Of a stretch of DNA of 64,000 nt, positions 29,799 to 38,650 are shown piece by piece. The stretch spans positions 25,626-89,625 of the forward strand of contig JBBIPU010000001.1 of assembly GCA_037442685.1 (NCBI GenBank). The letters run 5' to 3'. Under the pieces are notes generated by a model. It saw only the letters and a list, made by a program, of their open reading frames with translations, was not told the DNA's origin and ran no database searches. Origin of the DNA: Draconibacterium sp. GTDB lineage: Bacteria; Bacteroidota; Bacteroidia; Bacteroidales; Prolixibacteraceae. The stretch's first letter is position 1. The number at the start of each line of letters is the position of its first letter. The translations under genes were made by a program, and so were the position numbers.

Positions 29799-30389
29799 AT
29801 GAAAAAACTCTGTTTAATTGCCATTTTTATCAGCGCTATGACAATGACGACAAAATCACAATCGCTTGATTCAACTGCTTTAATCCTGATCGATATCCAG
29901 AATTTTTACTTTCCCGGCGGGGCAGCAGCGCTTGTTGAACCTGAGAAAGCTGCTGAAAAAGCAAAAAATTTGCTCGAATATTTCAGAAAAAACCATGCAC
30001 TTTTGGTACATGTAAAACACGATTTTAATCCCGGCGGAGAAATTTATGATCTGGTAAAACCGCTCGAAACGGAGAAAGTAATTACAAAAAAAGATGTAAA
30101 TGCTTTTTTAAACACCGATCTGGATGAATATCTGAAACAAAATCATATTAAAAATGTGGTTCTTTGCGGAATGCAAACGCACATGTGTCTGGAAGGTGGT
30201 ACCAGGGCGGCGCATGATTTGGGATACAACTGTACCGTTGTAGAAGATGCCTGTGCCACCCGCGACCTTAAATTCGGGGATGTTCTGATTCCTGCGAAAC
30301 AAGTCCACTACTCCACCCTGGCAACGCTGAAAAGTTATGGAAAAGTTGTTAATCTGAGTGAATTTTTAGAAAGTCAGAATAAGAAATAA
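29799..30389 (+). CDS. Isochorismatase-family cysteine hydrolase with signal peptide
   Basis: 196 aa; ALILIDIQNFYF...LVHVKH...VLCGMQTHMCLEGGTRAAHDLGYNCTVVEDACATRD contains the catalytic Asp/Lys/Cys triad context. Confidence 0.85.
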   Translation: MKKLCLIAIFISAMTMTTKSQSLDSTALILIDIQNFYFPGGAAALVEPEKAAEKAKNLLEYFRKNHALLVHVKHDFNPGGEIYDLVKPLETEKVITKKDVNAFLNTDLDEYLKQNHIKNVVLCGMQTHMCLEGGTRAAHDLGYNCTVVEDACATRDLKFGDVLIPAKQVHYSTLATLKSYGKVVNLSEFLESQNKK

Positions 30390-30391
30390 GG

Positions 30392-30455
30392 AATATCAAA
30401 ATCAGAAAGTTAAAAAATCACGTTCAGATTACTTCTTACTTTCTGATTTGATATT
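30392..30455. repeat. Long inverted repeat between convergent genes (possible bidirectional terminator)
   Basis: AATATCAAAATCAGAAAGT pairs with ACTTTCTGATTTGATATT (18 bp with one bulge) around a 27-nt loop. Confidence 0.4.
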
Positions 30456-30506
30456 CGACATTTTAGATTTCTTCAGTCTTCCGACTTCGGACTCCCGACT
30501 TCCATC

Positions 30507-31265
30507 TTATTCCACCACCCGCAGCCACGCTTCGGCCATTAACTGGGCACCCGGCATGGCAGGATGAACGCCGTCGCCCGACCAGTAAGTGGCAGGGGCA
30601 TGTTTAACAGCCTCATCGAAAACCTGCTGAAATGGTACCCACAATGCGCCAAAATCGGTTGCAATCTTTTTCGCAACTGCCTGGTATTCTTTCATTGGCG
30701 CTACCCAGGTTTCGTCAACTGCAGAAGTATTCAGTAAATAAAATGGTTCGCAGATCACTAATTTAACTCCCGGCAGATTTTCTTTTGTTCTTTTCAGCAA
30801 AGCGCGATAATCGTTTTCGTAAACTTCAACCGTTCCGTTGTATTGCCCGTTGCGTTTGTGCCAGTAATCATTTACCCCAATTAAAATGCTCAGAACATCC
30901 GGTTTCAGGTCGAGGCAATCTTTTTGCCAGCGCTCAGCCAACTGAAACACTTTGTTTCCGCTGATTCCCCGATTGTACAAAGTCAGATTTTTTTCCGGCA
31001 GTTCATTCAACAAGGCTGATGCAGCAAGAAAAGCATATCCAAGCCCGAATGAGCGGGCCACGTTAGGAAGTTCCTTTTCCTTATCGCGTCCGGCATCGGT
31101 AATTGAATCGCCCTGAAACAGAACAATGCTGTCTTTTTTAAAGACTGAATATTTCTCTTTTTTATCTTTTGAAGGCAAAGTAGCTGAAATTATTGTCGGG
31201 ATACTTGCCAGCGCAGCAGCACCGGCAGCCGATTTCAGCATAAAATTTCTTCTGGTGAGATTCAT
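30507..31265 (-). CDS. SGNH/GDSL-family hydrolase with twin-arginine signal
   Basis: From the ATG at 31265 it reads MNLTRRNFMLKSAAGAAALA (Tat-like), then VLFQGDSITDAGR (block I Ser), and GDGVHP near the C-terminus (block V). Confidence 0.85.
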   Translation of the reverse strand: MNLTRRNFMLKSAAGAAALASIPTIISATLPSKDKKEKYSVFKKDSIVLFQGDSITDAGRDKEKELPNVARSFGLGYAFLAASALLNELPEKNLTLYNRGISGNKVFQLAERWQKDCLDLKPDVLSILIGVNDYWHKRNGQYNGTVEVYENDYRALLKRTKENLPGVKLVICEPFYLLNTSAVDETWVAPMKEYQAVAKKIATDFGALWVPFQQVFDEAVKHAPATYWSGDGVHPAMPGAQLMAEAWLRVVE

Positions 31266-31454
31266 CTGATTTATTTTTGAATTGAATTCGAAAATTAAAA
31301 AGTTAATTAATATCTGTTGAATTTTTGATCTGCAAATTTTTTTCTCCCCTATTTCCCCGGCTCTGAATAAAACTTGTTTTAAAAGGACCGGAATAGTTAT
31401 CAAATATGGTTGCTGTTAAAATCAAAATTCAAAACACTGATTTTTAAGAAAACC

Positions 31455-32645
31455 TTACATTTCAAGAAGTTTATCGGCCATTGCATCAGCAAGTTTAATC
31501 AGTTCTTCCCTGTTTGATGATTTCAGTGCGCCGTTTTCCTCTATTGGTTTATAAACAACTTCCCATTTGATATTTTCCGCAAATTTCTCGAGATTTTTAA
31601 CACCTCCGCCATTCCACGAATAATTGCCGAAAATTCCGAGATAGTGGTTTTTTGGCCCCATGTGCTCAATGGTCGATAACAGAATTTCGACATTCGGGAA
31701 AAGCGCATTGTTATATGCGGCGCTTCCAACAATAAATCCTTTGTACTTAAATATGTCGTTGATAATGTACGATGAATGGGTTTTTGAAGCATCGTACACC
31801 CGTATGTTTTTTATGCCCCGTTCGGCTATTCTGCGTGCAATTACCTCAGCCATTCTCTGTGTGTTACCGTACATCGAACCATAAACGATAATCACACCGG
31901 GTTCAAGGTCATACGAACTCCATTTGTTATACCGGTTTAATATCCAGTTCAAGTCATGTCGCCACACGGGACCATGAGTTGCGGCAATCATTCTGATATC
32001 CAGCGGAGCCAGTTTCTTAATTGCACGTTGTGTGTGCGGACAATATTTTCCAACAATGTTTGTGAAATACCGCATTACCTCAATTTCATAAAAATCGAGG
32101 TTGATTTCATCATCAAAAATACCACCGTCAAGTGTTCCGTAACTTCCAAATGCATCGCCTGAAAACAAGATTTTATTGGTTTCTTCAAATGCAACCATCG
32201 TTTCGGGCCAGTGAACCATTGGAACGGTCTGAAACTGAATTTTAAATTGCCCCAGATCAAGTACATGATCATCATGTACCATGAGTACTTTTTCAGGTGT
32301 CATATAAAAACTCTCGACAAAACTGAACGTCTTTTTATTGCCCACCAGCGTAATATCAGGATACTTTTGCACCAGCGCTTTTAGTGCTCCTGAATGATCT
32401 GGCTCCATGTGATTGATAATCAAATAATCCACTTTCCGGTCGCCGATTATTTCTTCAATATTATCGAGATATTCATCGATAAACGACCTTTCCACCGTAT
32501 CCACAAGCGCTATTTTTTCATCGACAAGCAAATACGAATTGTATGATATTCCGTGAGGAATTGGCCAGATGTTTTCAAATAAATGGGTTCGGCGGTCGTT
32601 AAATCCGAGATAATAGATATTCTCAGCCAGATTTACCTTTTGCAT
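31455..32645 (-). CDS. FprA-type flavodiiron protein (metallo-beta-lactamase fold plus flavodoxin domain)
   Basis: From the ATG at 32645 it reads MQKVNLAENIYYLGFNDRRTHLFE...YNSYLL...INHMEPDHSG. A C-terminal flavodoxin module follows (IIVYGSMYGNT). Confidence 0.88.
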   Translation of the reverse strand: MQKVNLAENIYYLGFNDRRTHLFENIWPIPHGISYNSYLLVDEKIALVDTVERSFIDEYLDNIEEIIGDRKVDYLIINHMEPDHSGALKALVQKYPDITLVGNKKTFSFVESFYMTPEKVLMVHDDHVLDLGQFKIQFQTVPMVHWPETMVAFEETNKILFSGDAFGSYGTLDGGIFDDEINLDFYEIEVMRYFTNIVGKYCPHTQRAIKKLAPLDIRMIAATHGPVWRHDLNWILNRYNKWSSYDLEPGVIIVYGSMYGNTQRMAEVIARRIAERGIKNIRVYDASKTHSSYIINDIFKYKGFIVGSAAYNNALFPNVEILLSTIEHMGPKNHYLGIFGNYSWNGGGVKNLEKFAENIKWEVVYKPIEENGALKSSNREELIKLADAMADKLLEM

Positions 32646-32764
32646 GATACAGCTTCTTTTTAATTGAGTCTGCAAAATTAGAAAATTATGGAAAATGACA
32701 GGTGAAAATTTATGTAAACCATTCAAATTAAAACCGAGGTATATCCGATCTGACAATTATCCGC

Positions 32765-32772
32765 TATTTTTG
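32765..32772 (+). promoter_or_regulatory. Candidate -7 box TATTTTTG upstream of mltG
   Basis: Exact TAnnTTTG match 18 nt upstream of the ATG at 32790. Confidence 0.35.
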
Positions 32773-32789
32773 CTGAAAATTACAAGTCC

Positions 32790-33848
32790 ATGACCATCGA
32801 AAATAAAAGCAAACTGATGTTATTTCCACGGATTACCAGGTTAATAATCATCATATTTGCATTCGCGTTAATAGTGGCTGGTATCAGGGGGTACCAGCTT
32901 TACCAGTATATTTTCAGGGAGAATGTCAAATCAGGTTTCGTTCTTTACATCCCTGCCAACGCAACTTTCAAACAGGTAACCGACAGTTTGCTTTTAAATG
33001 ATGTACTGATAAGTCCCAAAGCTTTTAAATGGATATCAAAAAAGAAGGATTATCCAAATTCTGTAAAAACCGGAAGATACCTTCTGAAAAAAGGGATGAA
33101 CACCAACCAGATTGTCAACATGCTGAAAGGCGGGGTACAAACACCTTTGGATGTGACTTTCAATAATGTGCGGACAAAAGAAGAATTAGCCGGAAAAGTC
33201 GGTCGTTATATTATTGCAGATTCACTCTCGATTCTGAATCTTTTTTCGGATGAAAAACAAATCAGGGAGTCAGGGTTTACACCGGAAACGTACACTGCGA
33301 TGTTTATTCCTGATACTTATGAGTTTTACTGGACTACAAATGCCGAAGGATTTGCCAGCCGCATGAAACTGGAGTACGATAAGTTCTGGAACCCGGGCCG
33401 CAGGGAAAAAGCAGCCGAATTAAAACTCAGCCCCGTTGAAGTTTCTGTTCTGGCTTCGATTGTTCAGGCAGAAACAGCCAAAAAGGAAGAAATGAACCGG
33501 ATTGCAGGATTGTACATCAACAGGTTAAAAAGAGGTCAGTTTTTACAGGCCGACCCAACAGTGAAATATGCTGTTGGTGATTTTACCTTAAAACGGATAT
33601 TAAATGCGCACCTCGAAGTTGATTCGCCTTACAATACGTACAAACATACAGGACTTCCACCCGGGCCAATTAACTTTCCGGAAACTTCGGCAATTGATGC
33701 TGTTTTAAATTACGAAAAAAATAACTACCTGTATATGTGTGCAAAAGAGGATTTTTCAGGTTACCACAATTTCTCGTCAACACTTGCCGGACATAACCGG
33801 AATGCAGCAAAATACAGGGCTGCACTCGACAGGAACAATATCAGGTAA
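32790..33848 (+). CDS. mltG: Endolytic murein transglycosylase MltG (YceG-like)
   Basis: 352 aa with an N-terminal TM anchor, LASIVQAETAKKEEMNRIAGLYINRL and SPYNTYKHTGLPPGPINFP. Confidence 0.9.
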   Translation: MTIENKSKLMLFPRITRLIIIIFAFALIVAGIRGYQLYQYIFRENVKSGFVLYIPANATFKQVTDSLLLNDVLISPKAFKWISKKKDYPNSVKTGRYLLKKGMNTNQIVNMLKGGVQTPLDVTFNNVRTKEELAGKVGRYIIADSLSILNLFSDEKQIRESGFTPETYTAMFIPDTYEFYWTTNAEGFASRMKLEYDKFWNPGRREKAAELKLSPVEVSVLASIVQAETAKKEEMNRIAGLYINRLKRGQFLQADPTVKYAVGDFTLKRILNAHLEVDSPYNTYKHTGLPPGPINFPETSAIDAVLNYEKNNYLYMCAKEDFSGYHNFSSTLAGHNRNAAKYRAALDRNNIR

Positions 33849-33894
33849 AAGCTGCAAACTTTCTATCTTTGTTCAACTTCATTCTATTTTAAGC

Positions 33895-35025
33895 ATGATT
33901 TTCAACAGGAGAAATTTCATAAAAAACACAACCCTTGTTTCGTTGGGAGGAATTATTTTGCCATTTAAAAGTTACCCGGATATGAAAAAAGTCAATCAGA
34001 ACAGATCAGGATTGCGACTGAGTTTCGAACCATTCAATCTGCAATTGAAACATGTATTTACTCTTGCCAACAGTTCCCGGACAACAACACCGGTAATGCT
34101 GGTAAAAATCGAATTTGAAGGATTTATGGGTTACGGCGAAGCTTCCATGCCTCCTTACCTTGGAGAATCGCATGAAACGGCAACCCGGTTTTTATCGGCA
34201 TTAAATCTGCAACAGTTTACCGATCCTTTCAGAATGGATGAAATTCTTGAATATGTTGACAAGTCTGCTCCCGGAAACACAGCCGCAAAAGCTTCGGTTG
34301 ACATTGCCTTACACGATCTGACCGGGAAAATAATGAATCAGCCCTGGTATAAAATATGGGGATTTTCGGCCGAAAAAACACCGGTAACCTCGTTTACAAT
34401 AGGTATTGATACCGCAGATGTAGTCAGGGAAAAAGTTAAAGAAGCTGCAGAATTCAAAATACTTAAAGTAAAACTGGGACGCGACACCGACAGGGAAATG
34501 ATTGAAACGATACGGTCTGTTTCTTCGGTTCCTCTTTGCGTTGACGTTAATCAGGGCTGGAAAGATAAAAAAGAAGCGCTGGATATGATTTTCTGGTTGA
34601 AGGAAAAAGGAGTTGAATATGTTGAACAGCCCATGCCAAAAGAAAAAATCGACGATATTGCCTGGCTCACACAGAATTCGCCGCTTCCGGTAATTGCCGA
34701 CGAAGCGGTTCAGCGTCTTCCGGATGTTCAGAAAACGCTTGGCGTTTATTCCGGAATCAACATAAAACTCATGAAATGTACCGGAATGAGGGAAGCACAC
34801 AAAATGATAATCCTTGCAAAGGCTAACAATATGAAGGTGATGATCGGATGCATGACAGAAACTTCGTGCGCAATTTCAGCAGCCGCACAGCTTTCGCCTC
34901 ACGCAACCTGGGCCGATCTTGACGGTAACCTTCTGATCAGCAACGATCCATATAAAGGTGTTCAGATAGTGGATGGAAAAATTACTTTGAACGATTCACC
35001 CGGAATTGGAATCAGTAAGATTTGA
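33895..35025 (+). CDS. Dipeptide epimerase (enolase superfamily, L-Ala-D/L-Glu epimerase-like) with Tat-type signal
   Basis: From the ATG at 33895 it reads MIFNRRNFIKNTTLVSLGG. Enolase-superfamily ligands are FKILKVKLG (KxK), CVDVNQGW, YVEQP, IADE and INIKLMKCTG. Confidence 0.8.
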   Translation: MIFNRRNFIKNTTLVSLGGIILPFKSYPDMKKVNQNRSGLRLSFEPFNLQLKHVFTLANSSRTTTPVMLVKIEFEGFMGYGEASMPPYLGESHETATRFLSALNLQQFTDPFRMDEILEYVDKSAPGNTAAKASVDIALHDLTGKIMNQPWYKIWGFSAEKTPVTSFTIGIDTADVVREKVKEAAEFKILKVKLGRDTDREMIETIRSVSSVPLCVDVNQGWKDKKEALDMIFWLKEKGVEYVEQPMPKEKIDDIAWLTQNSPLPVIADEAVQRLPDVQKTLGVYSGINIKLMKCTGMREAHKMIILAKANNMKVMIGCMTETSCAISAAAQLSPHATWADLDGNLLISNDPYKGVQIVDGKITLNDSPGIGISKI

Positions 35026-35070
35026 AATTTCCGGGTAAACCAAATTCTGGCTTTGTTTGTTTTATAATTC

Positions 35071-35529
35071 ATGAAAACAATTCTGACCATATTAATTTTA
35101 GCATTTGGTTTTACTATGAATGCACAGGATAAAAACAAACCGGGTGAGCCTGCCGAAAAAACCGGATACAGAAAACTTACTGAATTCGAACAATATGTGA
35201 TTGTCAACAAAGGTACCGAACGCCCTTTTACCGGTGAGTACACAAGTTTCAAGGGGAAAGGGACTTACACTTGCAAACGTTGCGGGGCTGCTTTATATAA
35301 ATCGGGCGATAAGTTTGACTCGGAATGCGGCTGGCCCAGTTTCGATGACGAAATAAAGGGAGCTGTTACAAAAGTACCCGATGCCGACGGAAGACGTACT
35401 GAAATTATCTGTGCAAAATGCGGCGCCCATCTTGGGCATGTTTTTTACGGCGAGGGCTTTACACCAAAAAATACACGGCATTGTGTAAACTCGGTGTCGC
35501 TGCTTTTTGTTCCTGACGAAAAAAAATAA
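35071..35529 (+). CDS. msrB: Peptide-methionine (R)-S-oxide reductase MsrB with signal peptide
   Basis: 152 aa; [26 protein letters not shown]...[18 protein letters not shown]...RHCVNSVSL. Confidence 0.92.
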   Translation: MKTILTILILAFGFTMNAQDKNKPGEPAEKTGYRKLTEFEQYVIVNKGTERPFTGEYTSFKGKGTYTCKRCGAALYKSGDKFDSECGWPSFDDEIKGAVTKVPDADGRRTEIICAKCGAHLGHVFYGEGFTPKNTRHCVNSVSLLFVPDEKK

Positions 35530-35560
35530 AAAAGGAGGGTAAACCTCCTTTTCAAATTCC

Positions 35561-36061
35561 TTATTTTGAATCTGTTGATGATCCTGCCACCTGCAATCCT
35601 TCAATAAAATATACAACTTCAGCTGCCTCCTGAGCGCTGGCAATAATTTCATGCGCTGCAGCTCTTGCTGAATCAACCTTTTCACCTGAACTGCCTTGCT
35701 CTACTATCGGATTGTGTGCCTCGGCTTCAGTTTTTACTTCTTTTAAAATCCCAGTAATTTCGAGTTCGCTGCCCATTTGTTCCTGTTTAAACGCGCCGAT
35801 TTTTTCCCCGGCTTCAACCCTGATGTTTTTATCTTCAGTACTCCCCATCAGGAAACATCTGGCTCCACCTTCCCTGCAAACATGCATAACAGTACCCTTT
35901 ACAACAACTTCCTTGTCCACCAGTTCGGGAGCTTTCTGATACAACTCATCCACGGTCAACACAACAACAGGTTGCGCTTTAGTTTCCTGCTGTTTTTTTG
36001 CCTGGTTGGCACAACTAATGATAAATAACGCCAAAATGGCTATTAATGCGAGTTTTTTCAT
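35561..36061 (-). CDS. Hypothetical lipoprotein
   Basis: 166 aa with a lipobox (LFIISC). I recognise no family. It starts 18 nt downstream of the PepSY-TM gene on the same strand. Confidence 0.55.
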   Translation of the reverse strand: MKKLALIAILALFIISCANQAKKQQETKAQPVVVLTVDELYQKAPELVDKEVVVKGTVMHVCREGGARCFLMGSTEDKNIRVEAGEKIGAFKQEQMGSELEITGILKEVKTEAEAHNPIVEQGSSGEKVDSARAAAHEIIASAQEAAEVVYFIEGLQVAGSSTDSK

Positions 36062-36079
36062 ATCTGTTCGATTTTAAAA

Positions 36080-36631
36080 TTATATATAAATCAATGCAAA
36101 AACCAAAGGTACAACAATTCCTGCTACCATCAACCACCAACCCCATCTGCCAAATCCTCTTTTTCCTTTTAAAAGGAATAAACCAGATACTGCGACAAAT
36201 ATGAGGATCACAGCCATGAAGTCGCTTACCCATTTCCAGACAGTGCCAATATTCGCCCGGTGTAAAATATTGATTGAATATATGAACGGACGTCTCACCA
36301 GGTACTGCATGGTTCCTTTTCCTGTTGCCGGATCAATAACAGCCTCCCCATTTTCAATAAATATCTTTATCAAACCCTTGTTATTGATATAATGTTTTTT
36401 ATAAATAACCTCATTATTAACCGATTTCAAAGCAGTTTCAATATCACTTGCCGACCAGGAGGAAATATTCTGAATGTTAACCTGAAAATCGGTGATAAAA
36501 ATTTTATAATCAGGATTAAAATCTCGCCGGTGATTCAGATAAATACCGGAAAGCGCATAAACAATTGTCATTCCGACAATAAAATATCCAAAATCGCGAT
36601 GTAAAATTCTCAACAGTTTCCTGATTTTCAT
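36080..36631 (-). CDS. PepSY-associated TM helix domain protein
   Basis: From the ATG at 36631 it reads MKIRKLLRILHRDFGYFIVGMTIVYALSGIYLNHRRDFNP, a typical PepSY_TM start. A second TM pair lies at the C-terminus. Confidence 0.7.
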   Translation of the reverse strand: MKIRKLLRILHRDFGYFIVGMTIVYALSGIYLNHRRDFNPDYKIFITDFQVNIQNISSWSASDIETALKSVNNEVIYKKHYINNKGLIKIFIENGEAVIDPATGKGTMQYLVRRPFIYSINILHRANIGTVWKWVSDFMAVILIFVAVSGLFLLKGKRGFGRWGWWLMVAGIVVPLVFALIYI

Positions 36632-36865
36632 TTTTATAAATTTGAGGCCAAAAATAATAAAAGACTGTTCATTTTCTATGATTTTTCCCGATGAAAAAAA
36701 CACTCAATTTTTTAATATACAGAGATTTAAAATAACAAATGATTAAAATGTATTTTTCCGGAAAGTAACATTTACAACAGTTTAAAACCAATCAGATAAA
36801 CATAAATTAACAATATTAAAAAGCACAGGGTATTGACTTGTATATGGGAAATTACTTACCTTGCA

Positions 36866-36942
36866 TCACCTAGTGTGCTAGGGCTCTGGTTTTATCACAA
36901 CTTAATTGGGTGCCACCGGGTATTGACCCGGTGGCTTTTTTT
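36866..36942 (+). ncRNA. Candidate orphan small RNA (hairpin plus strong intrinsic terminator, no plus-strand CDS nearby)
   Basis: Hairpin CCTAG-TGTG-CTAGG (36869-36882), then a 9-bp GC-rich stem GCCACCGGG/CCCGGTGGC (36912-36935) followed by seven T. A TTG-N17-TACCTTG promoter-like string lies at 36838-36862. The 5' end is a guess. Confidence 0.3.
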
Positions 36943-36958
36943 ATATTTATTCAATAAC

Positions 36959-37372
36959 TTACCCCGAGTAATATTCATTTAACGAAATTAAATCTTCCGA
37001 TTTGCAAACAGGGCAGTTGCTGACTTTTTCGGAATAATCGCTGAAACTTGCCTGGCAGGAATTGCATTTAAACCAGTTTTTGTCGAAAAAGATGTCGCCT
37101 CCCCTGAAAAGCAAGTCACGCCCTTCGACAAATGCTGTTGCAACTTTATTACGGGCCTCCTCATAAATACGTGTAAGGGTTGGCCTCGACACATCCATAT
37201 ATTTTGCCGCTTCCTCTTGTGTAAGATTCTGATAATCAAGCAAACGAATTGCTTCGTATTCTTCAAGCCGGAGAATCACTTCGTTCGATTTTCTACCTCT
37301 GACACCGTAAACCGACATTCCTTTAATTACCGGGGGTACCTGAATTCTTCTGAAACGTTTTTTTCTGGGCAT
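36959..37372 (-). CDS. DUF134 (UPF0251) putative DNA-binding protein with C-terminal zinc ribbon
   Basis: 137 aa; RLEEYEAIRLLDYQNLTQEEAAKYMDVSRPTLTRIYEEARNKVA is a sigma-70 region-4-like HTH. The C-terminus carries CNSC...CPVC. The start codon is 1 nt after the aroC stop. Confidence 0.8.
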   Translation of the reverse strand: MPRKKRFRRIQVPPVIKGMSVYGVRGRKSNEVILRLEEYEAIRLLDYQNLTQEEAAKYMDVSRPTLTRIYEEARNKVATAFVEGRDLLFRGGDIFFDKNWFKCNSCQASFSDYSEKVSNCPVCKSEDLISLNEYYSG

Positions 37373-37373
37373 A

Positions 37374-38447
37374 TTAAACTGAATTTAATTTACTTAATAA
37401 ATAATGATCTGCCAGTACCAGCGCTGCCATTGCTTCCACAATCGGAACTGCTCTTGGCAAAACACAGGGATCGTGTCTTCCTTTTGGATTAATGGTTATT
37501 TCGTTTTTATCGATATCGACAGTATGTTGTTCTTTCAGCAATGTGGCAATCGGTTTAAAAGCAACATTAAAATAGATGTCTTCACCGTTGGAGATTCCTC
37601 CCTGTATTCCACCTGAGTGATTGGTTTTTGTTCTGATTCCGCTTTCTGTATGAATAAAAACATCGTTATGCTGTGATCCGCTCAGTTTTGTCCCTTCAAA
37701 TCCCGAACCGTATTCGAAACCCTTAACTGCATTTATTCCAAGCATGGCAAATCCAAGATCAGCGTGAAGTTTATTAAACACCGGTTCACCCCAGCCAGCT
37801 GGTACTCCTTTCACAACGCCGGTGATCACGCCTCCGACAGTGTCGCGGTCACGCGCAGCAGCTTCAATTCTGGAAATCATTAACCCTGCAGTTTCAGGAT
37901 CAGGGCAACGAACAATATTATCTTCGGTTTTGGAAAGATCGAGTCCGGTATAATGTTTTTGCAGTTTAATTTCGCCAACCTGCGATACAAATGCCTGAAT
38001 AGTGACACCTGCTTTTGCCAGAATTTGTTTTGCAACTGCGCCTGCCACAACACGTGCAATTGTTTCCCTGGCCGAAGACCGTCCACCACCCCTGTGATCG
38101 CGGATACCATATTTCTGAATGTAAGTATAATCGGCATGCGAGGGTCTGAAAACATTTTTCAGGTCGTTATAATCGTTTGAGTGCTGATCTTTATTCCAGA
38201 CTACAAATGCGATGGGAGTTCCCTGTGTTCTGCCTTCAAAAACACCCGACAGAAATTCAACCTGATCAGGCTCCATTCGCTGCGTCGTAATTTTCGACTG
38301 ACCGGGCTTTCTGCGTGCCAGATCATTCTGAATCAAAGATGTATCCAAAGTCAGACCTGCAGGGCATCCGTCGATGATACCGCCGATTCCCCGGCCATGT
38401 GATTCTCCGAAAGAGGTGAGCCTGAATATATGTCCAAATGTATTCAC
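37374..38447 (-). CDS. aroC: Chorismate synthase
   Basis: 357 aa; [32 protein letters not shown]...RPSHADYTY...[10 protein letters not shown]. Confidence 0.96.
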   Translation of the reverse strand: MNTFGHIFRLTSFGESHGRGIGGIIDGCPAGLTLDTSLIQNDLARRKPGQSKITTQRMEPDQVEFLSGVFEGRTQGTPIAFVVWNKDQHSNDYNDLKNVFRPSHADYTYIQKYGIRDHRGGGRSSARETIARVVAGAVAKQILAKAGVTIQAFVSQVGEIKLQKHYTGLDLSKTEDNIVRCPDPETAGLMISRIEAAARDRDTVGGVITGVVKGVPAGWGEPVFNKLHADLGFAMLGINAVKGFEYGSGFEGTKLSGSQHNDVFIHTESGIRTKTNHSGGIQGGISNGEDIYFNVAFKPIATLLKEQHTVDIDKNEITINPKGRHDPCVLPRAVPIVEAMAALVLADHYLLSKLNSV

Positions 38448-38571
38448 TCTTTATTTTACTTCTTATTAATATTCCAAACTTATTAAAACGATTTTTATTA
38501 GAAAAATTATTACCAGGAATTCAGGCAACTTTATTTTCTTAATAAAATCCAGATTGTCAGATTTATGAAGA

Positions 38572-38614
38572 CAAAAAAACCTCGTTTTCCTGGAAAAATA
38601 AAGAAAACGAGGTT
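38572..38614 (-). terminator. Rho-independent terminator of slyD
   Basis: 12-bp stem AACCTCGTTTTC/GAAAACGAGGTT, followed on the minus strand by TTTTTTT. Confidence 0.7.
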
Positions 38615-38650
38615 AAAATAACTAAATTGAACTAATATTCAAAATAGCGT

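Noticed and set aside
33739-33894. N-terminal extensions offered by the ORF track. Examples are 33739 for the epimerase, 31403 for the SGNH hydrolase, 32756 for FprA, 12285 for the CysJ-like gene, 36703 for PepSY-TM, and 14927, 24617, 25025 and 22724.
   Set aside because: The extensions start at TTG or other non-ATG codons or overlap the upstream gene. They encode non-conserved junk ahead of an internal ATG that begins a proper signal peptide or conserved N-terminus, so the internal ATG starts were used.
35561-36631. The PepSY-TM protein plus downstream lipoprotein as an iron-reduction or uptake module.
   Set aside because: Only the generic PepSY_TM N-terminal motif supports the idea. No TonB receptor, siderophore or reductase gene is adjacent, and the lipoprotein has no recognisable motif, so this is too speculative to report as a finding.
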